A DNA stretch of 20,000 nucleotides from Malacoraja senta (GCA_038087875.1 JAXLNO010000169.1:49184-69183), one strand, 5' to 3'. Positions 1 through 9,760 are shown, numbered from the stretch's first letter. The notes: generated by a model not told the origin, from the sequence alone. Made by a program: numbers and translations.

Positions 1-985
1 TTGATCTGTTGTGGCGGTAAGCGAACTGCAGTGGGTCCAGGTTTTTGTCGAGGTAGGAGTTGATCTGCGTCATGATCAACCTCTCAAAGCACTTCATCAC
101 CACAGGCGTTAGTGCCACAGGTCGATAGTCATTGAGGCACGTCACCTTACTCTTCTTGGGCACTGGTATAATTGATGCCCTTTTGAAGCAGGTGGGAACC
201 TCAGACCTCAAAAGTGAGAGGTTGAAAATGTCCGTAAAAACTCCAGCCAGTTGGTCCGCACAGGTTTTTAGAACACGACCAGGTATACCATCAGGTCCAG
301 GGGCTTTTCGAGGGTTCACCCCTCTGAAGGATTTCCTGACGTCGGCCTCTGTGACTGAGACTGAAATACCATCACAGCGAATGGGGGCTCGGGAAGGCAC
401 ATCGGTGTTCTCCCTATCAAAGCGTGCGTAAAACGCATTGAGCTCATCTGGGAGTGATGTTTCGCCGACATTCGAGCTGCCTCCTGATTTCGACTTGTAA
501 GAGGTGATTGCATTCAGGCCCTGCCACAGCCGCCGAACATCTGTCTCTTCCTCCAGTTTGGAGCAGAAGTCCCTTTTGGCCTTTTTGATGGCCTTACCAA
601 GGTCGTATCTGGACTTCTTGTAGGCCACTGTATCATCAGACACGAATGCCTGGTGTCTGGACTTCAGAAGAGTACGGATCTCAAAGTTCATCCAAGGTTT
701 CTGATTGGGAAACACTCGGAAGGTTTTGGTGGGATGCAGTCCTCCACACACTTCTTAATGAAGTCTGTAACGACTGTGGCGTATTCGTTCAGGTCCGTTG
801 CCGAGTCCTTGAACATTGCCCAGTCTACAGACTCCAAACAGTCCTGGAGTTGTTCCTCTGCTTCCCCCGACCAGCTCTGTACTGTCCTCACCTCTGGGGG
901 TGCGCTCTTTAATTGCTGCCTGTAGGCAGGAAGAAGCAGCACCACGGTATGATCGGATTTACCGAAGTGAGGGCGAGGGATAGAG
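1..985 (-). mobile_element. Rex1/Babar-type LINE fragment (ORF2, endonuclease-RT linker into RT start), degenerate, runs off left edge
   Basis: Minus-strand translation gives HFGKSDH..LLLPAYRQQLK..VQSWSGEAEEQLQDCLESVDWAMFK..DLNEYATVVTDFIKKCVEDCIP and, near the left edge, [32 protein letters not shown], the same motifs as the 12544 ORF; reading frame broken. Confidence 0.88.
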
Positions 986-1245
986 CAGTACCCCGTTCCT
1001 GCTTTTTCCCCATCTCCCTTGATTTCTTTAGCCCTAATCTAACTCTCTTGAAAACATCCAGTGAATTCTCCACTGCCTTCTGTGGCAGAGAATTCCACAG
1101 ATTCACAACTCTCTGGGTGAAAAGGTTTTTCCTCATCTCAGTCCTAAATGGCCGACCCCTTATTCCTAATCTGAGACCCTTGGTTCTGGACTCACCCAAC
1201 ATCGGGAACATGTTTCCTCCATCTAGCCTGTCCAATCCTTTAATT
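986..1245 (-). mobile_element. CR1-type LINE 3' fragment
   Basis: Minus ORF with RLDGGNMFPMLGESRTKG..LGIRGRPFRTEMRKNLFTQRVVNLWNSLPQKAVE, the CR1 ORF2 C-terminus; near copy of 17400-17685. Confidence 0.85.
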
Positions 1246-1310
1246 GGAGTTACTCCAGCATTGTGTGCCCATTTTTTAGTAAACCAGCATCTGCAGTTTC
1301 TTGCGTGTTG
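1246..1310 (+). mobile_element. Penelope-like pseudo-LTR 3' fragment
   Basis: GAGTTACTCCAGCATT..AAACCAGCATCTGCAGTT matches the repeat at 16484-16592 and 15567-15690. Confidence 0.6.
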
Positions 1311-1314
1311 ATAT

Positions 1315-1745
1315 CAGGCACAGAATGGACATTGTGGGCCGAAGGGCCTATTCCTGTGCTGTACAAATGTTCTGTATGGACGAGATAGATCAGCCATGAT
1401 TGAATGGTGGAGTAGACTTGATGGGCCAAATCGCCTAATTGTGCTCTTATCACTTATAAACACATGAGCTTGCATGAATGTGATATAAAATGGTTAAAGC
1501 CCATTATATGATTGTAGATTTCAATGCCTTGTTCATACAAACCAGCTACCTTCCCATCAAATCTATTTATTGTTGGTGAGTTTATTAGAATTTTAGGGCA
1601 CAATGATAGTAAAGCCCAGTAAAGTTAGGGGTTACGGGGAGAAGACTGGAGAATGGGCTTGAGAGGGAAAGATAGATCACCCATGATTGAATGGTGGAGT
1701 GGACTTGAGCCGAATGGCCTAATTCTGCTCCAATGACATGAACAT
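1315..1745 (+). mobile_element. Three short CR1 3'-tail fragments (about 1315-1375, 1383-1470, 1627-1745)
   Basis: GATAGATCAGCCATGATTGAATGGTGGAGTAGACTTGATGGGCCGAATGGCCTAATTCTGCTCC-type tail, also seen at 2995-3065, 8290-8370 and 9205-9285. Confidence 0.7.
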
Positions 1746-1749
1746 ATGG

Positions 1750-1933
1750 GTAAAGTCCGATTAAAGATAGTCTGAGGATCTTCAATGAGGTAGATAGGAG
1801 GTCAGGACTGCTCTCTAGTTGGTGATAGGATGGTTCAGTTGCCTGATAACAGCTGGGAAGGAACTGTCCCTGAATCTTGAGGTGTGCGTTTTCACACTTC
1901 TGTACCACTTGTCTGATGGGAGAGGGGAGAAGA
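1750..1933 (-). mobile_element. Rex1/Babar-type LINE 3' end fragment
   Basis: Reverse-complement copy of 6585-6750 (CTCTTCTCCCCTCTCCCA..GTACAGAAGTGTGAAAACGC..TTCCCAGCTGTTATCAGGCAACTGAACC). Confidence 0.7.
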
Positions 1934-2140
1934 GTTCAAAAGTGATAGGAGGAAAATTAGACCATTCGACCCATCGAGTCCACTACGCTGATCTATCTTT
2001 CCCTCTCAACGCCATTCTCCTACCTTCTGCCATTACCCCAGACACCCGTACCAATCAAGAATCTGCCTATCTCTGCTAAAAATCTCCATTGATGGCCTCC
2101 ACAGCCTTCTGTGGCAAAGAATTCAACAGATTCATCACCC
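1934..2140 (-). mobile_element. CR1-type LINE 3' fragment
   Basis: GACACCCGTACCAATCAAGAATCT..GGCCTCCACAGCCTTCTGTGGCAAAGAATTC, the reverse complement of the CR1 tail at 9060-9240. Confidence 0.7.
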
Positions 2141-2179
2141 AAGAGGGAGGGACCGGGGTGAGTCTGGTCCTTGATTACG

Positions 2180-2245
2180 CTGAAGATAAACACAAAAAGC
2201 TGTAGTAACTCGGCAGGACAGGCAGCATCTCTGGAGATAAGGATT
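2180..2245 (-). mobile_element. Penelope-like pseudo-LTR fragment
   Basis: GATAAACACAAAAAGCTGTAGTAACTCGGCAGGACAGGCAGCATCTCTGGAGA matches 15600-15660. Confidence 0.65.
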
Positions 2246-2587
2246 GAGTAAGGAAGGCAAATTCAATGCTCACATTTATATCAAGAGGACTGGAATACAA
2301 AACAGAGATGTAATGCTGAGGCTCTATAAGGTGCTGGTCAAGTGCATTTGGAGTAATTTTGGGCCCCATATCTGAGGAAGGACACGCTAGCTTTGGAGAG
2401 GGTCCGGAGGAGATTTACAAGAATTATTCCAGGAACGAGTGGGTTAGCATATGATGAGCATTTGACAGCACTGGGCCTGTACTCGCTGGAGTTTAGGTTG
2501 AGGGGGGACCTCATTGAAACTTACAGAATAATTAAAAGCATAGATAGAGTGGATGTGGAAAGGAGGTTTCCACTGGTAGGAGAGATC

Positions 2588-2779
2588 TTCTTCTTGCATT
2601 TGAGCCAGCAGAAGTCTGCGTCAGAGTGATGCCATCTGGTTCTACATCCTTAGGTTCCCGCCCTAAAAAGGCGCATGCTCCGGGTTGGCGCCAAGCTGCG
2701 GCGCTGTTTGTTGTCGTTCGCCTGACTGACATCAGTTGACAGGGCTCACCACGGGGAGGTCGACAACATCAGCCCACCC
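2588..2779 (-). mobile_element. Short non-autonomous retroposon with HDV-like ribozyme head and GAA-repeat tail
   Basis: GC-rich insert splitting a CR1; flanked by AGAGATC at 2581-2587 and 2780-2786; minus-strand 3' end TCAAATGCAAGAAGAA; no tRNA box A/B seen. Confidence 0.75.
2709..2776 (-). ncRNA. HDV-like ribozyme fold (P1 slightly degenerate)
   Basis: Minus strand: P1 core GGGCU(2775-2771)/AGCCC(2746-2742); P2 UGUUGUCG(2768-2761)/CGACAACA(2716-2709), 8 bp perfect; P3 ACC/GGU around L3 UCCCCGU; GU; P4 ACUG-AUGU-CAGU; J4/2 CGAA (C at 2720). Confidence 0.75.
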
Positions 2780-3177
2780 AGAGATCATAGTCTCAGAATT
2801 ATATTGGGCGCTCTTTTAGAAAGGAGGTGAGAGGAGGAACTTCTTTAATCAGAGGGTAGTTAATCTGTGGAACTCTTTGCCAAGGTGGGCTGTGGAGGCT
2901 TAGTCAGTAGATATTTTTAAGGCAGAGTTAGACAAATTCTTGATTAGAACGTGTGTCAAGGTTATGGGGAGAAGGCAGGGAAATTGGATGAGGAGGCAGA
3001 GATCAGCCATGATTGAATGGCGGGGTGGACTCGATGGGCCGAATGGCCTAATTCTACTCCTATAACGCAAATGGCTGCTGGCTTTGCAGAAGCAACGCGA
3101 GGCGATGCAGATTTTTTCAAACGTACACCTGTCTTACTTTCTATGGCACCTTCGCCATAACAAGATTAAACTCTCTG

Positions 3178-3340
3178 TTTATAAAGTTCTTAAGGGATTG
3201 GAAAGGCTAGATGCAGAAAAAATGTTCCTGATGTTCGGGGAGTCCAGAACCAGGGGTCACAGTGTAAGAATAAGGGGCAGGCCACTTAGGACTGAGATGA
3301 GGTAAAACTGTTTCATCCAGAGAGTAGTGAATCTGTGGAA
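3178..3340 (+). mobile_element. CR1-type LINE fragment
   Basis: VYKVLKGLERLDAEKMFLMFGESRTRGHSVRIRGRPLRTEMR. Confidence 0.8.
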
Positions 3341-4465
3341 TTAGAGTCATAGAGTGATACAGTGTGGAAACAAGCCCTTTGGCCCAACTCGCCCACACCG
3401 CCAACAATGTCCCAGCTACACTAGCCCCACTTGCCTCCGCTTGGACCATATCCATCCAAACCTGTCCTATCCATGTACCTGTCTAACTGTTTCTTAAACA
3501 AAGGGATAGTCCCAGCCTCAACTATCTGCTCTGGCAGCTTGTTCCATACACCCATCACCCTTTGTGTGAAAAAGTTCCCCTCGGATTCCTATTAAATCTT
3601 TTCTCTTCACCTAGATCCTATCCTCTGGTCCTCGATTCCCCTACTCTGGCAAATGACTCTGTCTACTCAACCTCTCCCTATAGCTCACACCCTCTAGTCC
3701 TGGCAACATCCTCGTAAATCTTTTCTGAACCCTTTCAAGCATGACAATATATTTCCTATAACATGGTGCCCAGACTGAACACAATATTCTAAATGTGGTC
3801 TCACCAACGTCTTATACAACTGCAATATGACCTCCCAACTTCTATACTCAATACTCTGACTGATGAAGGCCAAAGTGCCAAAAGCCTTTTTGACCACCTT
3901 TCTACCTGCGACTCGACTTTCAAGGAACCATGCATCTGTACTCCTAGATCCCCTCTGCTCTACAACACTACCCAGAGGCCAACCATTTACTGTGTAGGTC
4001 CTGCCTTGTTCGACGTCCCAAAATGCAACACCTCACACTTTTCTGTATTAAATTCCATCAACCATTCCTCCGCCCACCTGGGTAATCGATCCAGATCCTG
4101 CTGCAATCGTTCACAACCATCTTCACTATCTGCAAAACCACTAACTTTTGTATCATCAGCAAACTTGCTAATCTTGCCCTGTATGTTCTCATCCAAATTA
4201 TTGATGTAGATGACAAACAGTAATGGGCCCAACATCGAAACCCTGAGGCACAACCACCAGTCACAGGCCTCCAGTCTGAGAAGCAACCTTCCACCATCAC
4301 CCTCTGCTTTCTTCCATGGAGCCAATTTGTTATCCTTTCAGATATCTCTCCTTGGATCCCATGCGATCTAACCTTCCAGAGCAGCCTACCATGCAGAACC
4401 TTGTTGGACGCCTTACTGACGTCCATGTAAACAACATCTACAGCTCTGCCCTCATCAACATTTTT
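3341..4465 (-). mobile_element. CR1-type LINE, about 1.1 kb 5'-truncated degenerate RT region plus 3' tail
   Basis: Frameshifted peptides VDEGRAVDVVYMD..HGRLLWKVRSHGIQG, LGPLLFVIYINNLD..ISKFADDTK..LQQDLDRL..WLMEFNTEKCEVLHFG, KAFGTLAFISQSIEYRS..LYKTLVRPHLEYCVQ; internal deletions. Confidence 0.92.
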
Positions 4466-4469
4466 GGTC

Positions 4470-4538
4470 ACACCTATCCATGTTCACCACAGATGCTACC
4501 TGACCCCACTGAGTTCCACCAGCACTTTGTGTTTTTGA
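4470..4538 (+). mobile_element. Penelope-like pseudo-LTR fragment
   Basis: CACCTATCCATGTTC..AGATGCTACCTGACCCCACTGAGTT..CAGCACTTTGTGT matches 16513-16575. Confidence 0.6.
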
Positions 4539-4584
4539 CATTCAATGCACCAGGGTGCAGCGAAATTCCTAATCACATGAAGTT

Positions 4585-4885
4585 GGTGTTTAGTTTAGAG
4601 ATACGGCAGCTGGAAACGGGCCTTTGGCCCACCGAGTCCGCACCGATTATCCGGCAAACTAACACTATCCTACACACACAAGGGACAATTTACAATTATA
4701 CCAAGCCAATTAACCTATAAATCTGCACGTCTTGGAGTGTGGGAGGAAACTGGAGCACCCGGAGAAATCCCACGCAGGTCACAGGGTGAACGTACAAACT
4801 CCATACAGCTGGCAACTGTAGTCAGGATGGAACCTGGGTCTCCTGGCGCTGTGAGGCAGCAACTCTACTGCTGCGCCACCGTGCT
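4585..4885 (-). mobile_element. tRNA-derived V-SINE (HE1-like), near full length
   Basis: Reverse complement of the head CACGGTGGCGCAGC..GAGTTGCTGCCTCACAGCGCCAG, the core TTCCTCCCACACTCCAA..GGTTAATTGG and a CTAAA tail. Confidence 0.85.
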
Positions 4886-5501
4886 GTGTTCTTCAGTTAA
4901 TTATTTACCATCTGTTAAATGACCTTATAACATCAAACCAATAATATCTTCCACAAGAATGCTGAGAATGTGTTATTTGCTTGCATGTGTATGTTACATT
5001 CCTGAAGATCAAAGATATTGTTCCTGGAAATTTCTGATTAAATAAGATAGGCAGTGGGAGCAGATTTCACTAAAAACAACAGTAATGATCCAATTATATT
5101 TGTTTCATGTAAATGTCTTCCTAGAAAGACGGTAATTACAATCGGAAATAGTTACTTATATTCCTCTACACTGCAGCGATAGATCCTACTAACATCGACA
5201 GAACCAGCAAAGATTCCTGAAAAGGAATTATTACCCATGGTACTTTCACACATATGGTCCAAACGCAGGCAGGTGACTCTAGTGTAGGCCTCCACAGCCT
5301 TCTGTGGCAATGAATTCCATAGATTCACCACCCTTTCGGGTCGAGATCCGTCTTTAAACACCCTGAAGAATTGGGGGAAAATGGACGTACTATTGGAAAT
5401 GATAAATTATCACCAATGAATTCATTATAATTTGACGTGGGAGACTCAAGTGTGGCAATGGAAGGAGCAACTGGGCTGGAATCACCGACAGGTAAGAGGT
5501 G

Positions 5502-5600
5502 TTAAAGAAGGAACTGCAGATGCTGGAAAATCGAAGGTACACAAAAATGCTGGAGAAACTCAGCGGGTGCAGCAGCATCTATGGAGCGAAGGAAATAGGA
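5502..5600 (-). mobile_element. Penelope-like pseudo-LTR fragment
   Basis: AAGAAGGAACTGCAGATGCTGG..CACAAAAATGCTGGAGAAACTCAGCGGGTGCAGCAGCATCTATGGAGCGAAGGAAATAGG. Confidence 0.65.
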
Positions 5601-5639
5601 GGTGTTTACCTGGTGGCACCAGGTACTGCAACCGAATAC

Positions 5640-5774
5640 TTCTTCTTTCATGTGACTTGCACAGCCTAAAGTTGTTGGACAACTTGTTCTATTTGAACTT
5701 CCGTTTGTGCACGTCGAGTTGATTGCATTAGTCGAAACAGGGCGGACCACGTGAAGGTTGCAATCTTCCACCCC
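5640..5774 (-). mobile_element. 135-bp non-autonomous retroposon: HDV-like ribozyme head, 3' stem-loop, GAA tail, 12-bp TSD
   Basis: TSD GCAACCGAATAC (5628-5639) / GCAACTGAATAC (5775-5786); minus-strand 3' part has the hairpin AAGUUGU-CCA-ACAACUU and ends TCACATGAAAGAAGAA. Confidence 0.85.
5721..5774 (-). ncRNA. Minimal (54-nt) HDV-like self-cleaving ribozyme
   Basis: GGGGUGG AA GAUUGCA ACC UUCACGU GGU CCGCCCU GUUUCGA CUAA UGCAAUC: P1 7 bp with G1.U wobble, P2 7 bp perfect, P3 3 bp, L3 UUCACGU (same as CPEB3 L3), catalytic-type C at 5731 in CUAA; P4 nearly absent. Confidence 0.88.
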
Positions 5775-5794
5775 GCAACTGAATACAATGAAAT

Positions 5795-6097
5795 GGCATG
5801 GTGGCGCAGCGCTAGAGCTGCTGCCGCACAACGCCAGACACCCGGGTTCGATCCTGACCACGGGTACTGTCTGTACGGAGTTTGTACGTTGTCCCCGTGA
5901 CCTGCATGGGTTTTCTCCGAGAACTCCGGTTTCCTCCCACACTACAAAGACGTACAGGTTTGTAGCTTAATTGGCTTGGTAGAAATGTCAATTGTCCATT
6001 GTGTGCATAGGATAGTGTTAGTGTACGGGGGGATCGCTGGTTCCCGGTGGGACGAGGGGCCTGTTTCCGCGCTGTATCTCTACAGTAAACTCTAAAG
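5795..6097 (+). mobile_element. tRNA-derived V-SINE (HE1-like)
   Basis: Box A TGGCGCAGCG, box B GGTTCGATCC, core CTCCGGTTTCCTCCCAC..TTAATTGG, CR1-like tail GGGCCTGTTTCCGCGCTGTATCTCTA. Confidence 0.88.
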
Positions 6098-6420
6098 TAT
6101 GATCTTGTTTCGGACTTGGCTTGAAGTATTGAAACTCCTGTACAGAATGCCGTATATAGAACACGATGATAAACCAGGAGCACAAAGAGCCAAAGTAATT
6201 CCATGCTAAAAATGCAGACAATTTGCTTTATTTATATATAGCTGAAAAAATAACATTCCAGCCAGTCAGCACTACAAAATAAACACCATCATCAGGTCAA
6301 GAGACGAGGGTATAATTGTTAACGGTACAATTTAATTCTTACTAGCTGCAGCTTAACAAGCCCATAAAAACTCAATAACACACAGATAATATAAAATTGT
6401 CAATATTGGCTCCCCCCACA

Positions 6421-6550
6421 ATCAGAAGAAGTGTCTTGACCCAAAACTTTCCCCATTCCTTCTCTCCTGAGATTCTGGCTGTCTCGCTGAGTTACTCCAC
6501 CATTTTGTGTTTATCTTCGGTTTAAACCGGCATTCGCAGTTCATTCCTAA
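6421..6550 (+). mobile_element. Penelope-like pseudo-LTR, decayed hammerhead-type head
   Basis: CAGAAGAAGTGTCTTGACCCAAAAC..CCCATTCCTTCTCTCC..GAGTTACTCCACCATTTTGTG..TTTAAACC matches 16486-16592. Confidence 0.65.
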
Positions 6551-6554
6551 GCAA

Positions 6555-6915
6555 AGAAAGGACCAATCTCACCCCAGTCACTCCCTCTTCTCCCCTCTCC
6601 CATTGGGCATAAGGTACAGAAGTGTGAAAACGCTCACCTCTACATACAGGGATAGTTTCTTCCCAGCTGTTATCAGGCAACTGAACCATCCTACCACAAC
6701 CAGAGAGCGGTCCTGATTGGAGTCCCTCGGACTATCCTTGATCGGACTTTGCTGGCTCTACCTTGCACCAAATGTTATTCCCTTATCATGTATCTATACA
6801 CTGCGAATTCCTCGATTGTAATCATGTATTGTCTTTCCGCTGACTGGTTAGCATGCAACTAAAGCTTTTCACTGTACCTTGGTACACGTGACAATAAACT
6901 AAACTGAAACTGAAG
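6555..6915 (+). mobile_element. Rex1/Babar-type LINE 3' end with 3'UTR
   Basis: DQSHPSHSLFSPLPLGIRYRSVKTLTSTYRDSFFPAVIRQLN parallels the C-terminus of the 12544 ORF; ends GTGACAATAAACTAAACTGAAACTGA. Confidence 0.8.
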
Positions 6916-7357
6916 TGAAGAACATTTCAGTGGAAATGTGAAATGCATCAGCAAAGCAGATGTTTTTAGCATTGCATTAAATACACCCCCCACCCATCCC
7001 ACTGATCAATTAGGATGCTGGTGTTTGATTCTGAGAACATTTCTAGAGGCAGTCAAGACCTACGTCTTTGTTCAAATGAGTTGAAAATTGATGCTTGACA
7101 TGCACGAAAAAGTATCCCAAGAATGTTCTGCTTTATAGTCAAGTATTGTACACACTGCCATCTGGCAACTGGTTTATCCATCTAAGAATGATTTCCTGTG
7201 AAGAATATTGAATTGTTTATCTGTGGCAACATGAGGGTTTTGCTAAAATTCTCCACTTGCCAGAGTCGCTTAATTTGATTTTAGCAGTGAGATTATAGCC
7301 TTTCAGATTTATGTTTCAGTGCAAACATTATACCAGCACAGGTTAGATCAGAGACAT

Positions 7358-7720
7358 AGGGCGGCACGGTGGCGCAGCGATAGAGTTGCTACCTCACAGC
7401 GCCAGAGACCCGGGATAGATCCTGACTACGGGTGCTGTCTGTACGTTTTTTGTACATTCACCCCATGACTACGTGTGTTTTCTCCGGGTGCTTTAGTTTC
7501 CTCCCACACTCCAAAGATGTACAGGTGTGTAGGTTAATTGGCTTTGGTAAACAAAATTTGTAAATTGTCCGAAGTGTGTAGGATAATGTTAGAGCACGGG
7601 GTGATCGCTGGTCGGTGTGGACTCGGTGGGCCAAAGGAACTGTTTTGGCGCTGTATCTCTAAACTAAACTAAACTAAACTAGCACTAAAAAGCACTATAA
7701 CTAAACTAAACTAAACTCAG
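7358..7720 (+). mobile_element. tRNA-derived V-SINE (HE1-like), full length with extended (CTAAA)n tail
   Basis: GGGCGGCACGGTGGCGCAGCG head, V-type core, two runs of CTAAA repeats at about 7658-7718. Confidence 0.88.
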
Positions 7721-7994
7721 CAACTATGATCTTCTGTGGACTGGGTTGTGCTACGGACCAGTTTTGCATTATAATGTTCTGGTTACCGACAATTACTGAT
7801 TATTAACTGGAAGTGTAATTGCTTATTGTATATTCATCTGTGTCTTTAATGTTAAGGGGCCGGTTGAGATGCAGCAAGTAGGAATTTCATTGTTCCGTTG
7901 CCAATAATCATAACAATTAAACACTCTTGACTCCTCTTGCACGATGTGTAAAGAGATTTGATGGGGTAACATTTACCATCCCTCACATTAGAGA

Positions 7995-8375
7995 TCATTG
8001 AAACTTACAGAATAATGAAAGGCATAGAGAGTGGATGTGGAAAGGATGTTTCCACTGGTGGGAGAGTCTGGGACCAGAGGTCATGAACTCAGAATTAAAG
8101 GCCGCTCTTTTAGAGAGGAGGTGAGGAGGAATTTCTTTAGCCAGAGGGTACTTAATCTGTGTAACTCTGACACAGAAGGCTGTGGAGGCCAAGACATTGG
8201 GTATTTTAAGGCGAAGATTGATAGATTCTTGATTCGTGTGTGTGTCAGCGGTTATGGGGAGAAGTCAGGAGAATGTGGTTGAGAGGGAGAGATAGATCAG
8301 ACATGATTGAATGACGGAGTAGACTTGATGGGCCGAATGGTCTAATTCTGCTCCTATGAGCTATGAACTTATAAT
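7995..8375 (+). mobile_element. CR1-type LINE 3' fragment
   Basis: DVERMFPLVGESGTRGHELRIKGRSFREEVRRNFFSQRVLNL plus tail; same subfamily as 2510-3065 but without the insert. Confidence 0.85.
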
Positions 8376-8629
8376 CCTTCGTTGGCCCTTTGATGGGTGA
8401 ACTATAGAATGCAGGGCAGTACAGCACAGGAACAGGCTCTTCAGCCAACTGTGACTGTGCCAGACACAAACCAAGACCAACTCTTCACCTCTCTTGCCTC
8501 TCTCAATAACCTGGCATAGATCCAAGGGATTTTATGGACCGTGTCGTTGGTTTCACTACAGACTTTGGTTTTGCACTATATGTTCTGGTAACCTAGTATT
8601 TTCTGATGATTCATTTATTGCGTTATTGA

Positions 8630-8910
8630 CTAGACTAGCGATACAGCACGGAAACAGGTCCTTCAACCCACCGAGTCCATGCCGACCAGTGATCAACCGT
8701 ACACTAGTTCTATCCTACATTTACAGAAGCTAAGTAAGCTACATATCTGTACGTCTTTGGAGTGTGGGAGGAAACTGGAGCACCCGGAGAAATCCCCTGC
8801 AGGTCATGGGGGAACGTACAACCTCTGTACAGACAGCACCTGTAGTCAGGATCGAACCCGGGTCTCTGGCGCTGTGAGGCAGAAACTCTACTGCTGCGCC
8901 ACCATGCCAC
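8630..8910 (-). mobile_element. tRNA-derived V-SINE (HE1-like)
   Basis: GGATCGAACCCGGGTCTCTGGCGCTGTGAGGCAG..CTGCGCCACC is the reverse complement of the SINE head. Confidence 0.85.
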
Positions 8911-9024
8911 CCTTATTTCGATGATTATTAGGATATTATTTGAATATTATTAGATAGATTAAATGATAATATTAAACATTTATGATAGGAAATTAAACAA
9001 ACATTATTTTAGGAATATTTTAGG

Positions 9025-9290
9025 TTCTTTTAGGAAGGAGATGAGGAGAAATTTCTTTAGTCAGAGGGTGGTGAATCTGTAGAATTTATTGCCACAGAAG
9101 GCTGTGGAGATCGTCAATGGATATTTTTAAGGCAGAGAAAGATAGATTATTGTTTAGTACGGGTGTCAGGGGTTATGGGGAGAAGGCAGGAGAATGGGAG
9201 GGAGAGATAGATCAGCCACGATAGAATGGTGGAATAGACTTGATGGGCCGAATAGCCTAATTCTCTTCCTATTCCTTATGACCTTATGTT
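9025..9290 (+). mobile_element. CR1-type LINE 3' fragment
   Basis: TTTAGGAAGGAGATGAGGAGAAATTTCTTTAGTCAGAGGGTGGTGAATCTG.. and CR1 tail. Confidence 0.8.
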
Positions 9291-9760
9291 CAATGCAAAA
9301 ATGAAATTCTCAAGTAAAGAAGGGGTTAAGTTTAGAATGACAGAATCTTATTTCCAATCTGGCAAATTAAAGGTTTAATTTTACAAGTAAAGGGATGATC
9401 TGGAAATTGTTCAAAGTTGCAGTGCTGACTTTTAGGAAGGCATTACGTGTGTGTGCTGTAAATGGAAATATAAATAAACTTGAGGCTCTATCATAATCAG
9501 TGTTTGTGTGCTGACTTCAGCGCCGGACAATATTCACACATGTGTGGTGCATGTTTGACAAATTTGTGACTTGTTATTCTCTTTGGTTGCTTAGCTCATA
9601 CAACAACCAAACAATAACCTGTTAAAGCCCATTGTGTGGCGGAGGATAAAATCTGATAGCTTGTGGGAAAGAGTGAATAATGTATACACTCTGTACAATG
9701 TAAACAGAGCACGAATTGATTTCCCTGCTAGTGATAAAGACAGCTGTATCCATCCAATAA

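Larger units (their letters stand above)
2250..3065 (+). mobile_element. CR1-type LINE ORF2 3' part plus tail, interrupted by the 2588-2779 insertion
   Basis: ERVRRRFTRIIPG..LGLYSLEFRLRGDLIETYRII..DRVDVERRFPLVGE before the insert; resumes at 2780 with CATAGTCTCAGAATT..CAGAGGGTAGTTAATCTGTGGAACTC and the CR1 tail. Confidence 0.85.

Noticed and set aside
132..925. Plus-strand ORFs of 88-99 aa
   Set aside because: Antisense shadows of the minus-strand Rex1/Babar ORF.
5177..5271. Plus-strand AG...GT exon-like segment
   Set aside because: Stops in all three frames, and the donor lies in a CR1 tail remnant.
5330..5370. Possible hammerhead on the minus strand
   Set aside because: CUGANGA and GUC are destroyed; decayed Penelope remnant only.
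5795..5870. tRNA-like sequence with box A/B
   Set aside because: SINE head repeated about ten times in the window; no complete cloverleaf, so not a tRNA gene.
6100..6221. Hydrophobic minus ORF starts and AG/GT pairs on both strands
   Set aside because: No recognisable protein; the ORFs run into a SINE and the signals are ambiguous.
7658..7718. Short repeats with a spacer (CRISPR-like look)
   Set aside because: (CTAAA)n SINE tail; eukaryotic DNA, no cas genes.
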